Of a stretch of DNA of 64,000 bases, positions 50,932 through 64,000 are shown one piece after another. The stretch is taken from the NCBI GenBank assembly GCA_051362555.1, contig CM120642.1, positions 26,846,001-26,910,000 on the forward strand, given 5' to 3'. The position numbers and the translations under genes were made by a program. The notes under the pieces were generated by a model. That model was not told where the DNA came from. It ran no database searches and saw only the letters and a program-made list of their open reading frames with translations. Position 1 is the stretch's first letter. The number at the start of each line of letters is the position of its first letter. Source of the stretch: Lingula anatina. Its lineage: Eukaryota; Animalia; Brachiopoda.

Positions 50932-53788
50932 TATGACACACAGCCCAGAGTTGGTTGACATTGTGTTTTAAACGTGCTTTACATCAATCGCTCAAATATT
51001 ACACGGTCTATTGACCATGAAGTGCACTCGTCTATTTTCAACAACTCAAAATGTGTCATCCTTCAACACAGTAGAGGCATTTATTGTCACCAAGGTGTTC
51101 TTTGTAGAATCAAATATTCTTCGCCATGTTCTTATTTATTTTTCATTTGTTTTTCGAGGGAGAGAGGCAAGCATGAGGTACATGTATTATGGGCATCTGA
51201 AATTATCATGAAATTGTATACCTTTAGATGTGCCACCTGTAATGATACCGTACGTATACCAAAGGTGTGCAGTTGACATAAGTCAACTTAATGGAAAGAG
51301 ATATTTTCGCTTTGTCTATAATACCACCAATTGAACCTCATTACAAGCACGCACGCGCACTGAAATTAACACCTGTACAGTGTAGACTGTAATTTGGCCA
51401 AGCATATAGTTACTAGTGGCGAGGAAGGTAGGTGCACGCTTATTGTAAACAGAATTGACATCTAATACTCATGTTGCTACTTGTGGATATATATTGTACA
51501 GAATATACATCGCATATATATAAATAACGCAGTTACAAGTAACACAAAACAGTTCAAATATAAAACAAAATGTTTGCCACGAAATGCAAATTTTGTAAAA
51601 GATGCAAACTGGGTGAAAAAAAAACACAACAAACTTAGAATTTTGATTACTCCAAAGTTATCCACCATGATTCAATGAAATGCCACTACATGTTTTGGTT
51701 TTCTCTTGACGTAAAAAAGTGGTTTGATATGAGCCACATATCAGCATAAATATTGAAAACTTGTATCAACCTGCCAGTCCTTTGCACATATATCTTATCT
51801 GGGTTAAGCTGCCCAGTTGACATTTTCTATTACCTTGTTTATAAAAAACGCATCGCACTCGGGCTGATTAAAAATGTTAGGTAGAAGAAAATATCCAGAC
51901 AGACGCTTTCTTTGTCTATATGTGAGGAATGGTAATTGGCGTCAATTTCGAAACAGACGTAAAGGTCAAAAAGCAAGTTGCGGACCGATTTATATTTTGT
52001 TTTGTTTATTTTCTTATTACACGACGCGACAGCCGTAAAAGTGACAGTCCTTGGCACGCACATGCAGATAACGGGTTTGCCAGAGGGGGCATGTGTCACA
52101 CATTTCATAGATATAATGTGTTATGACAGTGTGCTCGCTCATGGATTTTTTTTCGTTATTGTTGTTGCCGTTATGCAACACTAAAGTAAGTACTACTTGA
52201 ATGTTATGCCATTCGTGGAAAAAAAATTAACTACTTGTGATTATTTGTGTAACTTTTTTATGCTTTTTTTTTGGGGGGGGGGGCTTTGTTTTGTTTTGTT
52301 TTGTTTTGTTTTGTTTCATATGGAACATATTGCATTCTGGGTCATTCATATCTTTTTGTGATCTTCGGGATGTAACATAGTTCCTTTTTTATCAAAGAAC
52401 GGGGTTTAATCCACTTCATTCAAGGTTCTTTAAAGCGGGATGTTTTAAACGAATCATATCCATCTCTAACGCATGTAATCAACATACCCACACGTTTTGG
52501 TTTGGTTTTATACTCCAGTATAAGCTACCAAGGTGGTATGCATTTTTCTCTAAATTAAATAATTTCTTTTTGGGCCTAGCAGTGCCTTCATTTACGTCGA
52601 GATGAATGGCGTTTTTTCATCTTCTCAGGTTACCGAATCTCTTCATAATATTCATCATCAACCACCACTGAGCCTTTCAAGTGTGATTTCATTTAATTTA
52701 CAGGTCTTTCTTTCTTTGGTGTCACCCAGACTACTACTGTTATAGCAGAGAATACCAATGGGATTCTTTAAAGCTCTTTCTCAGTTCCCCAATGACAATT
52801 TGATAAGTGTGTGTAACTGCATGACCTTCCGCGCTAAATAGGACCCGGGTGAATTGTGCTGGAAACATGAGCTCTCTGACTTTAAAATTTGTGGTGTTAA
52901 AATAACTTCTGCTACATGCATCTTTAGACAAAGAGTTGTCATTTATCAGTAGTTCTTATTCAAAGGACAGTAAACCAGACTCTAACGGTGGAAAGATTCT
53001 TTAATCGAAATATATTGAATTCCTTTTAAGACACTCATTTCTTATGACTTATAATTGCAAGTTATATAAAGCTCTGTTATCAAGAAAACCCAAGTTGTTT
53101 TTGCATGTGCGTGCATGCGAATGCAAGATTCATGTGCTTGGCTTCTTCTGTGCACGAATGCGCGTGTGCGTGGGTGAGCGGGCGCGTGAGTGAGAGCGTG
53201 CTTGTTTTGCAAGCCAGGTGCTTTCTGTCTACGACCTTAGAAGTACTTTACTACATGTAGTATAAATCTTTCAGACACTCAAGTTACTTAGCTTTGTAAT
53301 ATTTTTGTCACCCGACACATATGAGACGTTAGTTTGAATGCATCGTACAAAACGGATTTGTGCTTTTCGAAATACCATAAAAGTAGAGAAAGACTGTCTC
53401 TACTTCTGTGGTAATACACACCCTCATTATAATTTCTTGTTTTCAATAGCAACTCAGATCATGTGTCTAAAAGGATCTTAGGTCGTACCTGAACGTGAAT
53501 TGGTTATAAATTGTAGTGAATTGCCTTTAATATGGACAGTGCTTGCCTGTATCCGTAATTCGTTATCAATTGTCAGATAGTGGCAGAAACAGTGTGCTCA
53601 AGCTAGTCATGCAATATACATGCGTGTTTGACAAGATTTATTTATTTATTTATTTATTTGCCTTGATTCTCTTTTTTGCCCATAGAAAAACGCCAAGATA
53701 ACCCCCTAACATGCAGTTTGAGACCTGGTAAGCAACGTTTCTTTACAGTTCCAAATAGCTTAATTCTACCAACTTGCCAAAGCATGTA

Positions 53789-55175
53789 CACACACTGGAC
53801 AAAAGAAGTGTCACCCCCTAACTCAGAGTAATAAAAGTAGGCAGATCTTGGGTACTTATAATGCCTGGTCTACTTATAATGTGACTAATTAGTATAAAAC
53901 CGCTATACCATGAAATTGTATTGTTGGTCTTGTACATGTACAGCAAATGTCATTCCTGTCTTCCTCCAATATGGCAAGATACAGGCAATTATCTAACGGC
54001 TATAGGTGCAAGTTATTAACCTGAAGAGGCGGAATATAAGCAATGTCAGAATATCGATACAATTGAATTGTTCAGTCAAAACCGTGCAGAGGGTCTGGTC
54101 TCGGTATAGAAACACTGGATCAAGAGACAAATTGCCTCTGATGGGTCGTCCAAGAAAAAATACTGGCCGTGAAGACCGACGACTGATTTTGATGTCGAGG
54201 TTGTCAAAGTTCGACACTGCTTGTCAGTTGACAACACAATGGAACAATTTCACACATATGAATGTGTCTGTGAAAATTGCTAGGCGTCGGTTACATGCTC
54301 AGAGAGTGTACAGCAGGGTAGCAAGACTGAAACCTCTTATATCGTTACAAAACAGGCAACGTAGAGTAAACTAGGGTCAACAGGATCTGGAACTGGACAG
54401 TTCATGACAATTGGTCCTATATATTTTTTCTGATGAGTGTCGCTTTTGTATGACCTCTGATGACATACGGGTACTATGCTGGCAAACTGCTGGTAAAGCA
54501 TTTGAACCACATGCACTGAATTTTCGAACCCGAAGCAGCATATTCATCATGGTTTGGGGCTGCATCAGCATCCATGGCTTGGGCGAATTGATAGTGGTTA
54601 ATGGAAACATGAATAACTAGAAATATATCGATGTTTTGGAGTCAGGCTTGCTACCATCTATTACTAACATGTTTGGTGACAGGAATTATCCATTTGTTCA
54701 CCAGGATGACAATGCTCCTTGTCACAGGCCCAGAGCAGTTGATGTTTGGTTTGACCAACAGGACATTCGCAGGGTGATGTGGCCTGCCTAGAGTCCGGAT
54801 GCAAACATAATAGAAAATGTGTTGAATGATATGTCAAAACTTTTTTACCAATTCCCGTCTAACCAGCAAAAAAACTCTGTTATATTCAGTGTTTCATGCT
54901 TGGGCCAGCATAAGCCCTGAACGCATCAGACAATTATATGAAACCTTGCTTCGTAGACTGGCACCTATTATTAGGTCACGTGGCTATGCCACTAAGTACT
55001 AATTTTGGACTTGAAACTGCATATTTTGGTAGAATGTATATTTTGTTCTTATTTTGTGATTTTTTGTGAATTTTGATGTTAATAAAATGATACCAGGAGC
55101 ATATCATTCCACAGTCATTTATCTCCCCCATAGTATTGGCTCAGTAGGGGTGACACTTCTTTTGTCCAGTGTGTG
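53789..55175 (+). mobile_element. Tc1-family DNA transposon, full length (1387 bp), inactive
   Basis: Perfect 29-bp TIRs CACACACTGGACAAAAGAAGTGTCACCCC with TA TSDs at 53787-88 and 55176-77. Confidence 0.95.
53971..55002 (+). pseudogene. Tc1 DD34E transposase pseudogene
   Basis: HTH and GRPRK regions, FSDECRF, IMVWGCIS, HQDDNAPCH, WPA*SPDANIIE (34 residues between D and E), GYATKY*; several stops and frameshifts. Confidence 0.92.
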
Positions 55176-58100
55176 TACGTATGTTACAAACACACGTGTA
55201 TATAGTAATATCTTTTAACATTCAGCTACATCACTCTCTTTAACTAAGCGTTTATTTATTAGGCCCCCAGTGCTCCTCTTCGATAACATAACGTATACTG
55301 GTCACGTCCTTTGGACATTAGTGCACATCATTAACTATCTCTAAGTGGTATCTGAGACGCCATGCTAGCGAAACTATTTTTATTGTTGTTCTTTTTAAGC
55401 ACCTGTCTAATTTGTCCTCCAATAACTCTTTGGGTGTCCCCCCTGAAGTTACCTCTGAAGCTTTGACTGACGAAGGCCTGAAAGTGTCTGCACAGGCAGT
55501 GAATAAACTGCGTCATACTGGTAGACCAGATGCTGTTTTTAAAAAATGTTGCAAACAGTGTAAGAGGTGCAGGTAAAGGGTTAAGACATGATGGTTTGGA
55601 ATACAAGTAAAACAAGCCCACTCTGATGTAACATGGCAGATGTACATGAATATTTCAGATTATTTTTCAAACTGCTATGAAATATTTTCATACATGTAGC
55701 TGATATACAGTATAGATGCAAGAGATCACGCGCAAGGGATGCCACACCCTTGCTTGAATTATTTCACGACTTCAACGGTCGACAAGGCAAAACAACCAGT
55801 GCACTGTTGCTGAGTACCTAATAACAACCAATTAGAGTATCTTTATTATTGAGCGCTTGAAAATAACACTTAGATAAAACTAGGGATATGTGTACAATTA
55901 TATGATAATTTAAAGATTTTATATATTACTTATATAATTGTTTGCGTATTCCCTTTATTGTTAACGAATTGGTAAAGTGGGCAAAAGTATTGCGGCATAT
56001 GGAAGCTAGCTGCTGGGAGATGCCTTGTTTTTCTTTTACCAGCACGCACAACTTTTTTCTTACATGTCTCGTAAACAGTTGAAGAGATAAATGAAAATTT
56101 AACTGCCCATAGCAAAATTCATTCAAATTTGCATTAGATAGCCTTTTTTCGGATTAAAAAATAGATGAACATATTATATGGACAATCAATATTGCCATCG
56201 ACGGCGTAATAATAATATCCTCTTAACTGATCAATTGTTTTTTGTTTTTTTTGCTTCCCCCCTCCTTAAAAATGACATAAGCCCGTATTTGCATTTTGTG
56301 TAAAATTGTTTTAAAAAAACGTACTTGTGATATACGCCACGTAGGGCTAGCAATAGATTCTCAGCGCACCGTTCCGTTTGGAGAAGTTGTACTAGTAGGC
56401 CGTTCCGGATGCTTTGACAGTAAAGGCAGGGTTTGTTCCGGTGTCTGCACTTCATACGGTGTTAGACCCAGTCTCGATTGTCAAGACGCACGGATTGGGG
56501 GGATGAGTAGTTTACAAACACTTGCACAAACTGTATTACCTTTCAGGTGTGGGCCATATTACGATTCTTTTGTCGCGTCTTTTATTGCTATATGCACTTG
56601 GATTGTGAAACCAGTACGTTTTCAGTGTGTGACTACACCCACTTAAACAATCTCTACAGTATCTTTATCTTTTAAACGTATCTCATTATGGATTATGAAT
56701 GGTTTGAATAATTCCAATCATAGTGTCTCTAATTGTAAGTAATTCGGTTTAAGCTTAATTAAAGCTGGGCTGAAATGAATGCACAACTCGTAAGACTGTC
56801 GTGAAAGGCGTTCATCCACATTTTGGTTATTGAACTTGTTGTGTAGGAAGTTTCATAATGCGATGGGCAAATTATTCTGTTTTAACCCGCTTTTGTTATC
56901 GTGATTGTTATCGTGATTTAAAACGTAAATTTCATCAACAACATTTGCACTACAGAAGCACTGGGGTAAGCGATTATGAAAACCACTGAGCTTGCCCCCG
57001 GCTGGTTACTTTGGGAACTCCAAATTACAGGGTCTGATTACTCAAAAATACAAATAATGACCGTTGTTGTTATATTATAGGTATTATCTGTATGATGTGC
57101 CCAGTTATTTGTGGGCTGCCCAGTCTTCATGGGATAACAGTGTTGGTGTCAATAATCAATGGAAAATACTCGAAACTTGTCTGTTGTCACGCAATTTGAT
57201 ATCATGTTTGAAACAAGGTGCGCTCTAGAAAATGCTACACAAGTAAACAAATGAAATACCTAATGTAGTTATTAAAGGGCCATTTAAGACTTCATTGGTA
57301 TGCAACTGGATCTAATGGTATCGAGTTTGGAAAGTTGAAGGACTAATATTCTATGTAAAAAAGGGCAACATTAGGTTAAATGGTCTACATTAAGAGTGAT
57401 TTATCAATTACACCATATCCTAACGCACTGAGCATACTTAATCTTAATGAATTAAATCATCGTATAGTTTCCGTTGATATTTTAATTTTTTTCTTTATGC
57501 CAACATTAATTTGTGGAATCATTGACGCATAATTAAAAAAAACATTTCAATAGTTAACAATATACATGTAAATGGACACTGCCATGTTTCTTTTTTCAGT
57601 TCGAACAATAAAAGTACGTGCACATTGTAGGTGGCTACAAACAGCAAATTCCACATATCAATTTAAGTCCATTATACCTGTGTGGTGCAAATGTAGGAAA
57701 TATTTCTGAGACAACCACCAATGTGATGACACTTTGGCACTTCTAATAAGCATACACATTTGTATACCGCCAAAGGTTAACCATTTTACGTGCTATCAAA
57801 CTGCGGATATATTGTTCCCGTTTCCATCTCATAAACGTGTACCAATAAGTTTGTGCATGTACATGTACGTACTATACACTAACAAAACTACATTTAATAT
57901 AATAATAATGATAATTTTATAATTATGCTTGAGGCTATAAGATATTAGAAAATACTCAATCACAGAATATCAACATCTATAATCTCTTTAAATCTGTTTT
58001 ATATGTTTTAAAAAGATGCAACTTATTTTTTCTTTTATAATGACGCATCATCTTCGTTACTGGAGCAAGTCACAAAGTACTTAAATTGTTCTATCCAACC

Positions 58101-59205
58101 TATATAGAGTAACTATAAATATATATCAAAATTATGATACGTTGTGACACCATTGTCTGTCACGAGAGCAAGTTATGTCACCTGAACGTTACAACTTTGT
58201 TGAGAAAAAAAGAGTTGTCAAATCGTCATAGAATATTGCACAATTACAGAGACGCAGATTTAAAGAGTGCCATCGGTATAAAATCGTCAACGCATAACAT
58301 GCAAGGTGCCTTCTTTGACCCTGAAGTGGGATTAAGGGTTAAAACGCATTTCAAAAAGGCAAATCACACTTACCAGGAGAGGAATGTCGGTCCCCTTGTC
58401 GTCCTCGATTCCCATCTTTAATCAATCGATCCTTGAGCTAGTTGCGTGCTACTCAAGCGTGGGTCTTCAATCCCGTTCTCAACTTTCCCGGTAGAGTAGA
58501 ATTATTTACGTACATGCACGCCCCGGCTGATAGTCCCAGGTAAAGTAATGCTTAAGTCACGACCTGACTTCAAATAAAAGACATAAAGCGAAGGTGTGTG
58601 ACAAATAGGTAGAGGTTTGGATCTTTAAAAAAAAGTCTGCGGGTTCCACGTGATCCGTGTGTAAGAGACCAGGCAGCACGTGGGGAAATTGCAAGTTGGC
58701 AAAGGGGACGCTGTGATGACCCTCAGCGACAGTGGTCAGTTATTTCCCTCGCTCTACTGCCCGAGCTAGACCGATGTCCTTCAACCGTTTATTCAAGACA
58801 CTGCGATCATGCAACAAAACAAAACGACGTCCACATATTTCGCATTACATTAATCAGACGAAACGTTTTGAGAATGCTAATTTTGGGTCGAGGGGCGAAG
58901 ACATGAAGATAATTTACAGAAGTTAAATAGGCATGCATTTTAACGTTGGAACGATTGGCTGTAAATCTAGTATCAACGTGAAAAATGCATGAATTATCGG
59001 ATAGTATATCATGCATAAATACTTTTCTATTACATGTAATAAAAGCCTCAAAAAGATAATAAAAAGGATGTGAGATATTTCAAATGCAAATTACTGAGGC
59101 GTGTCAGACAATCAAGGAGATAAGGCTGTTTGTACTTTAGCGAGAATCCCGCGCAGAGTTGGAATGAGGTCTAATATTGGTGTGATTTGAAAGAGAGAGA
59201 GAGAG

Positions 59206-59241
<36 letters not shown>

Positions 59242-59718
59242 TGTGTGTGTGTGTGTGCGTGTGTGTGTGTGTGTGTGTGAAAATCAGCGCACTGGTATTC
59301 CATTTTACACTTGTCCAAGAAATAGAAAAAAACATGAACACTTAGCGAAGACGGCAAGTGACGTGAATGGGAAAGATCTTACTCCCATTGAATTTATCTT
59401 GAGAGGGTAGCAAGTAATAATATCGATCATAAGTGACAGTTTCCATCCTGCTCACAACTTTAAAAAAATTAGCTTTTATCCATCAACCATGTCCCTTTTA
59501 ACCACAGTCTTAAACATTTTTTATTCATATAAATATTCAGTTTTTACATTTTCTTAACAACGACGCTTTTACAGAGCAACTTATTCCCGATATTCCATAT
59601 TTTATGTATTTATTGGCTAAATAAACCTTTATCTTATCTTAAGCATTAGAAGGCTACTGACCTATCTTAAACAGCAATGGGTTACAGCTTGTAAGTTCAC
59701 GTGCCTGAAGGTCTAGTG

Positions 59719-59879
59719 TACCCTCCACCAGGGTGAGTGATAGATTTTTTACAAATATTCACAGATATGTCTCTAGCTAGATAGATGGTCATTTTCAGCT
59801 AAACCCTTCAGCTGTAAATAACTAGAGATATATCTGTGAATATCTGTAAAAAATCTATCACTCGCCCTGGTAGAGGGTA
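59719..59879. mobile_element. 161-bp MITE with 9-bp TSD
   Basis: TIRs TACCCTCCACCAGGGTGAGTGATAGATTTTT / AAAAATCTATCACTCGCCCTGGTAGAGGGTA; GGTCTAGTG duplicated at 59710-59718 and 59880-59888. Confidence 0.85.
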
Positions 59880-60304
59880 GGTCTAGTGCCTGTAAGTCTT
59901 TTTTTTACGCGCGATATGTATTGTTGTATTGTACATAGAGGCACACCTAACTCAATGCTAGACGCACACCTAACGCAGTTCTAGACGTCTACGCAGTTTG
60001 ACTGGTCATCTGATGAGCTTTAGTTCATGCATTCTTCCTTTTAGGTCACACACTTAAATAAGTAGGCCTATCTTACTTACGGGAGGAAGTGCAATGGGCA
60101 AATGACCATAGAAGTAGATAATCAGATAACGTGTACGGAAAATGGGTTCATGCGGAAAATTTAGTCAGAATACCAGGCTTCTTGTCGATGCTCGTATTTG
60201 TATAATTGGTAGGCCCACTTCTGATGTCGCTGATGACCTAGTTGGTCTTGACCCAATTCAGACGTCGAATATAAACACACCTGTTGATTATGCGGATTAT
60301 GAAG

Positions 60305-60715
60305 ATGGCGACCGCAGTTCGTGCAGTTACAGTGCCCTTGCGCGTGCTTGCGCCTTCATGCGGGCGGACACCAAACTGCAGTCCATTCTGTACGCTGCAA
60401 CCTTGGACGGTGGGGCCATCGTTATCCTTACACCACACAGGCGGCAACGAAAAGTTCAGGTTGCTTTCTACCTCTGCAGTCCGTTCTGCTGTATTACAAA
60501 GTCCGCATCCCGAGATACATGTGCCAGATGCATCTTTTGCCGAGCATATGATGCGGGACTGGGAGAAGTACAGCAATAACGTGGCCTTGGTAAGTGAGTC
60601 TGGAATGTCACAGGTGTGCTGTGTCATTGATGCGTCTTGAAGGAAAAGATCCGCTGCAGCACCTCTTCCTCCCCCCCCCCCCATCGACACCCCCCTTTCT
60701 CACTCTCTCTCTCCC

Positions 60716-60747
<32 letters not shown>

Positions 60748-61129
60748 CTGGGGATTTTTGAAAAAGAAACTTTGGGGGGGGGGGGATCTTTGTAAAGCGT
60801 TTGCTTTTTTTTCTACAAGTCCGTTAGAAGTCTCATCAGTATACTTCTCGATCAGTGTCAGGACGACAGAGCTCCCTTTCCCATACATTTTTCTTAGCCT
60901 ACGACCTTGTACACGCAACGTCTGGTAGTTTGACTTTTGTTTGTCGTGAATATATGTAATGCATACCTTCTGATCTGAACCACGTACCACTCGTAATGCG
61001 TGCTCATGAGCAGTTCTTCAAATGCCTGCGCTTTGTACTGGTAGGGCCTACAGTTAATAAAAACTGACATTTGAATAAGCACAGATTGTGACAAACAGTT
61101 TCACTTTAATAGCACTATACATGCGTTGG

Positions 61130-61163
<34 letters not shown>

Positions 61164-63191
61164 TAATGTATGGTATGGTCTCTAAGATTTAGATAGACTC
61201 GTAGAGGATAAATTGTTAGAATCGTCTGTTAATACTATCGGCCTTATCTGTTTCTGCACTGATTATAGGTAGACGGAGCAACGGGAGAAACCGTCTCGTA
61301 CAGCATGCTGAAAGATCGTGTCATCCGCTGCGCAAGCGCCTTAACAAGGATGGGGTTCAAGAAGGGGGACGTGCTAGCTCTATACGCTCATAATGTGCCA
61401 GACTATGCCACAGTGTTCATAGCAGTTGGGGTCCTTGGAGGGACGGTGACTGCGCTCAACCCTTTGTATACGATAGGTATATAACAGATTTAATCTTTAT
61501 GTATATCCGCCATTGCTCTATGCTTTGAAGTTTTGGTAATTGTAGGCCGTGCTATCTCAAGTTTTTAATCATCAGATAATGTCACTTGAATAATTTTTGA
61601 CGTGTAGTACAGCTGGGTGAAATTTTGATCCGAGACTTAAGAGATGAGAGATAAAAGCAATGTACTTGAAAGCGTTGATGCTACTGGTACTTGCATTAAC
61701 CAGAGACCAAATTCAGCACTGAAATACATTTTTCGGGTCACCTTTGGATCAAAATCTGTAATGAAGAATATGACGTTTTTTTAGAAAACACTGTTTCTTT
61801 TATACTACATGTCTAATGCAGATGAATTATCCACGCAATTGAAAAGATCCGGTAGCAGTATTCTGGTGGTTGCGCCGTCTTCGGTAAAAAACGCTATAGC
61901 AGCGAAATCTCAGTGTCCAAATGTCAAGGTAAAATGGCTTTAGACTTGTGAAGATTATTTTGTCTCTAGCTACTGTCTCTACTACTGTCTGGTCTTACCA
62001 GCCAATATTTCGTCTACTTGCAGTCAGACTTCATCAGGGAATGAGGTTGTGACAGGTGTGACAACCTATCACCCTCTCTGGTGTGCTATTTGGTCAGATC
62101 TCCAAAGTGGAGAAATATTGCCTGGTAGGACCAGAAGAAATATTAGCTGGTAAGACCAGACAAATATAAGTAGCTATAGATAAAATAATCTTACAATAGC
62201 ATAGCTAATGAAACTGTTCTACACTAAAATTGCTTCGTTTTCTGGCATGTTGGGTTCGGCATCTGTATTTTACCTTTTCACTTATAAGCATTCAAACAAA
62301 ACTCTTTACAGTTCTTTGTTTTTTTTTCGCCGGTGGTTTAACTTTAATTTGCAGTTAAGTGTACCATAACTGCAGGTGTCCCCGAGGGAAAAATTAAAAT
62401 AGACTTTACGCGTGTTTTTATTGCAAAATAAGAAAATAAGAGGGATATGTTTTCACAGGAAGTGATTGTGTTCGGAAACGTTGACGGAATTAGGCCGTTT
62501 ACAAATCTACTGGAAGATGATGGCCATGCATTCCCAGAAAACGTTGATATTAACGTCGACGAAGACGTGTTAGCCTTACCATACAGTAGCGGTACGACGG
62601 GGCTACCGAAGGGGGTTATGTTAACTCACAAAAACGTTGTCGCCAATGTTGAACAGCTAAGGTAAGTTATTCCTTGTTTTATATTTGTATAAGTATTATT
62701 TGTCCTTAGGCGCACTTACATTAGAGATCGTTTGTCCCTTCTTGCTACTCTAGGGGTCGTCTGCTCATACTCAGTAGAAATTAGTGGAAATGTTGCAAAA
62801 TTTATAAAAGACCTCCTGTAGTTGATTGTTTTGAATATGCAAGATTCGGAAAGAACTGTTTTTGTGCATAGGATGAAAAATAAAACGCCTTTAAACCTTC
62901 TTTGCCTACTTGCATCAAATCAAGGTCCATTAAATACCAAACGACACGCATTTTTATTGTACAATTTCGGTGAAGCAAAGTCTAACATGCACATCACTGT
63001 TTTACAACTTTAGGCACCACGGTGTCATGGGATATGTCCCCCTCAGTGACTGCTTGGTGGGAGTGCTCCCGTTCTTCCATATATATGGCCAAGTGGTCAC
63101 TCTGTTCACTGGGCTTGCAGCGGGGGTAAAGATTGTTACTATGCCAAAATTTGACCTGGATGACTACCTGCACATCGTTCACAGACACCGG
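60305..63191 (+). CDS. 4-coumarate--CoA ligase-like / firefly-luciferase-like acyl-CoA synthetase (ANL superfamily), 3'-partial; exons 60305-60589, 61269-61476, 61822-61928, 62459-62661, 63014-63191
   Basis: AMP-binding P-loop [40 protein letters not shown] and MPKFD; phase-consistent introns. The remaining exons were not found and presumably lie beyond the window. Confidence 0.92.
61951..62192. mobile_element. MITE-like inverted repeat in an acyl-CoA synthetase intron
   Basis: AAGATTATTTTGTCTCTAGCTACT..TCTGGTCTTACCAGCCAATATTTC is inverted as GAAATATTAGCTGGTAAGACCAGA..AGTAGCTATAGATAAAATAATCTT. Confidence 0.65.
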
Positions 63192-63841
63192 GTATGACTG
63201 ATTTATTATTTTTTTATTTGGTTTATTATATTTCTTTCTTTCTTTCTTTCTTTTTAGTTATTAATTAATTAATTTGTTTATTTAAAAATCTATTAATTTA
63301 TTAGTTAGTTAGATAGTTAAGTTTTGCCGTATTTTTTGAGGCAGATAAAAAGTTAAGGCCATTCTCTATGAGCAGTCATTGTAAGCTCAGGACTATGCTT
63401 CAGAATGAGTGCCAGTAGGCCTATAAGTATCTGTATTATGTTGCTGTTCCCGTAGTGACTTCTAGAGACAAGGCGCCATATTTTGTTCCATAAGCACCGC
63501 GCTGCAGATTAAAGTTAACCCATTATCGTGACAAAGCTAGTCGCTTGATTAACCGATGAATAAAACCATTGTCAATTAAATAGGGAAATAATTGATTGAT
63601 TGTTTTCCTGCCAGCCAATACTGATGTTTATGACCTCGTCATGTTTAAGTAGTTAATAGTACGTCGTGTTTGTCTTATTTATCTTGTTGAGTTTTTTTCT
63701 TTTGTGGATGTACTAGTAGCAGTCTGAGAGTGATGTTTTACAATTTGTAATACTTTTCTTGGAGTAAAGCGTATGTTAATGTTCACTGATGTTGTCATGA
63801 TTGTTGGTTTTGTTATATTACTGGACCATTGCTCATCCGTG

Positions 63842-63886
<45 letters not shown>

Positions 63887-64000
63887 TTGTTCATGGCGAT
63901 TGGACGTAAAGGTGTGTAGGCCTATTGTTTATATTGAAAAAGATCAGACATGCGATGTTTTAAGCCGATTAAAGTAAAGGGCTCATTTCCATTGAAAATG

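Noticed and set aside
52634-52692. Candidate first coding exon of SLC4 (MKSHLKGSVVVDDEYYEEI, minus strand)
   Set aside because: Ends in phase 2 while the next identified exon (50650) needs phase 0, and no bridging exon was found. Left out of the model.
60305-63191. Bioluminescent luciferase
   Set aside because: Luciferase-like acyl-CoA synthetases are widespread in non-luminous animals; nothing in the sequence indicates light emission.

Overview
AT-rich, intron-rich animal genomic DNA, probably from a lophotrochozoan invertebrate such as a mollusc (inferred from sequence style and gene content, not shown directly). Exon models were built by hand. From left to right: (1) a 9-exon plus-strand gene for a ~218-aa PUB-domain plus coiled-coil protein; (2) three paralogous aquaporins (one minus, two plus) with altered NPA boxes and a non-canonical ar/R filter; (3) a >=22-exon minus-strand SLC4 bicarbonate-transporter gene, one intron of which holds a 9.2-kb CACTA/EnSpm-like transposon; (4) a decayed Tc1 (DD34E) element; (5) the 5' part of a 4-coumarate-CoA-ligase/luciferase-like acyl-CoA synthetase; plus many MITEs and microsatellites. 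The main candidate discovery is gene (1). Its last exon reads GGA-GGA-GGA-TGA-GGA-TAG (GGG-U-G-stop), and its 3'UTR holds a well-formed type-II SECIS just before AATAAA. This points to a PUB-domain (p97/VCP-cofactor-type) selenoprotein with a SelS/SelK-like C-terminus, a family I do not recognise among described selenoproteins.
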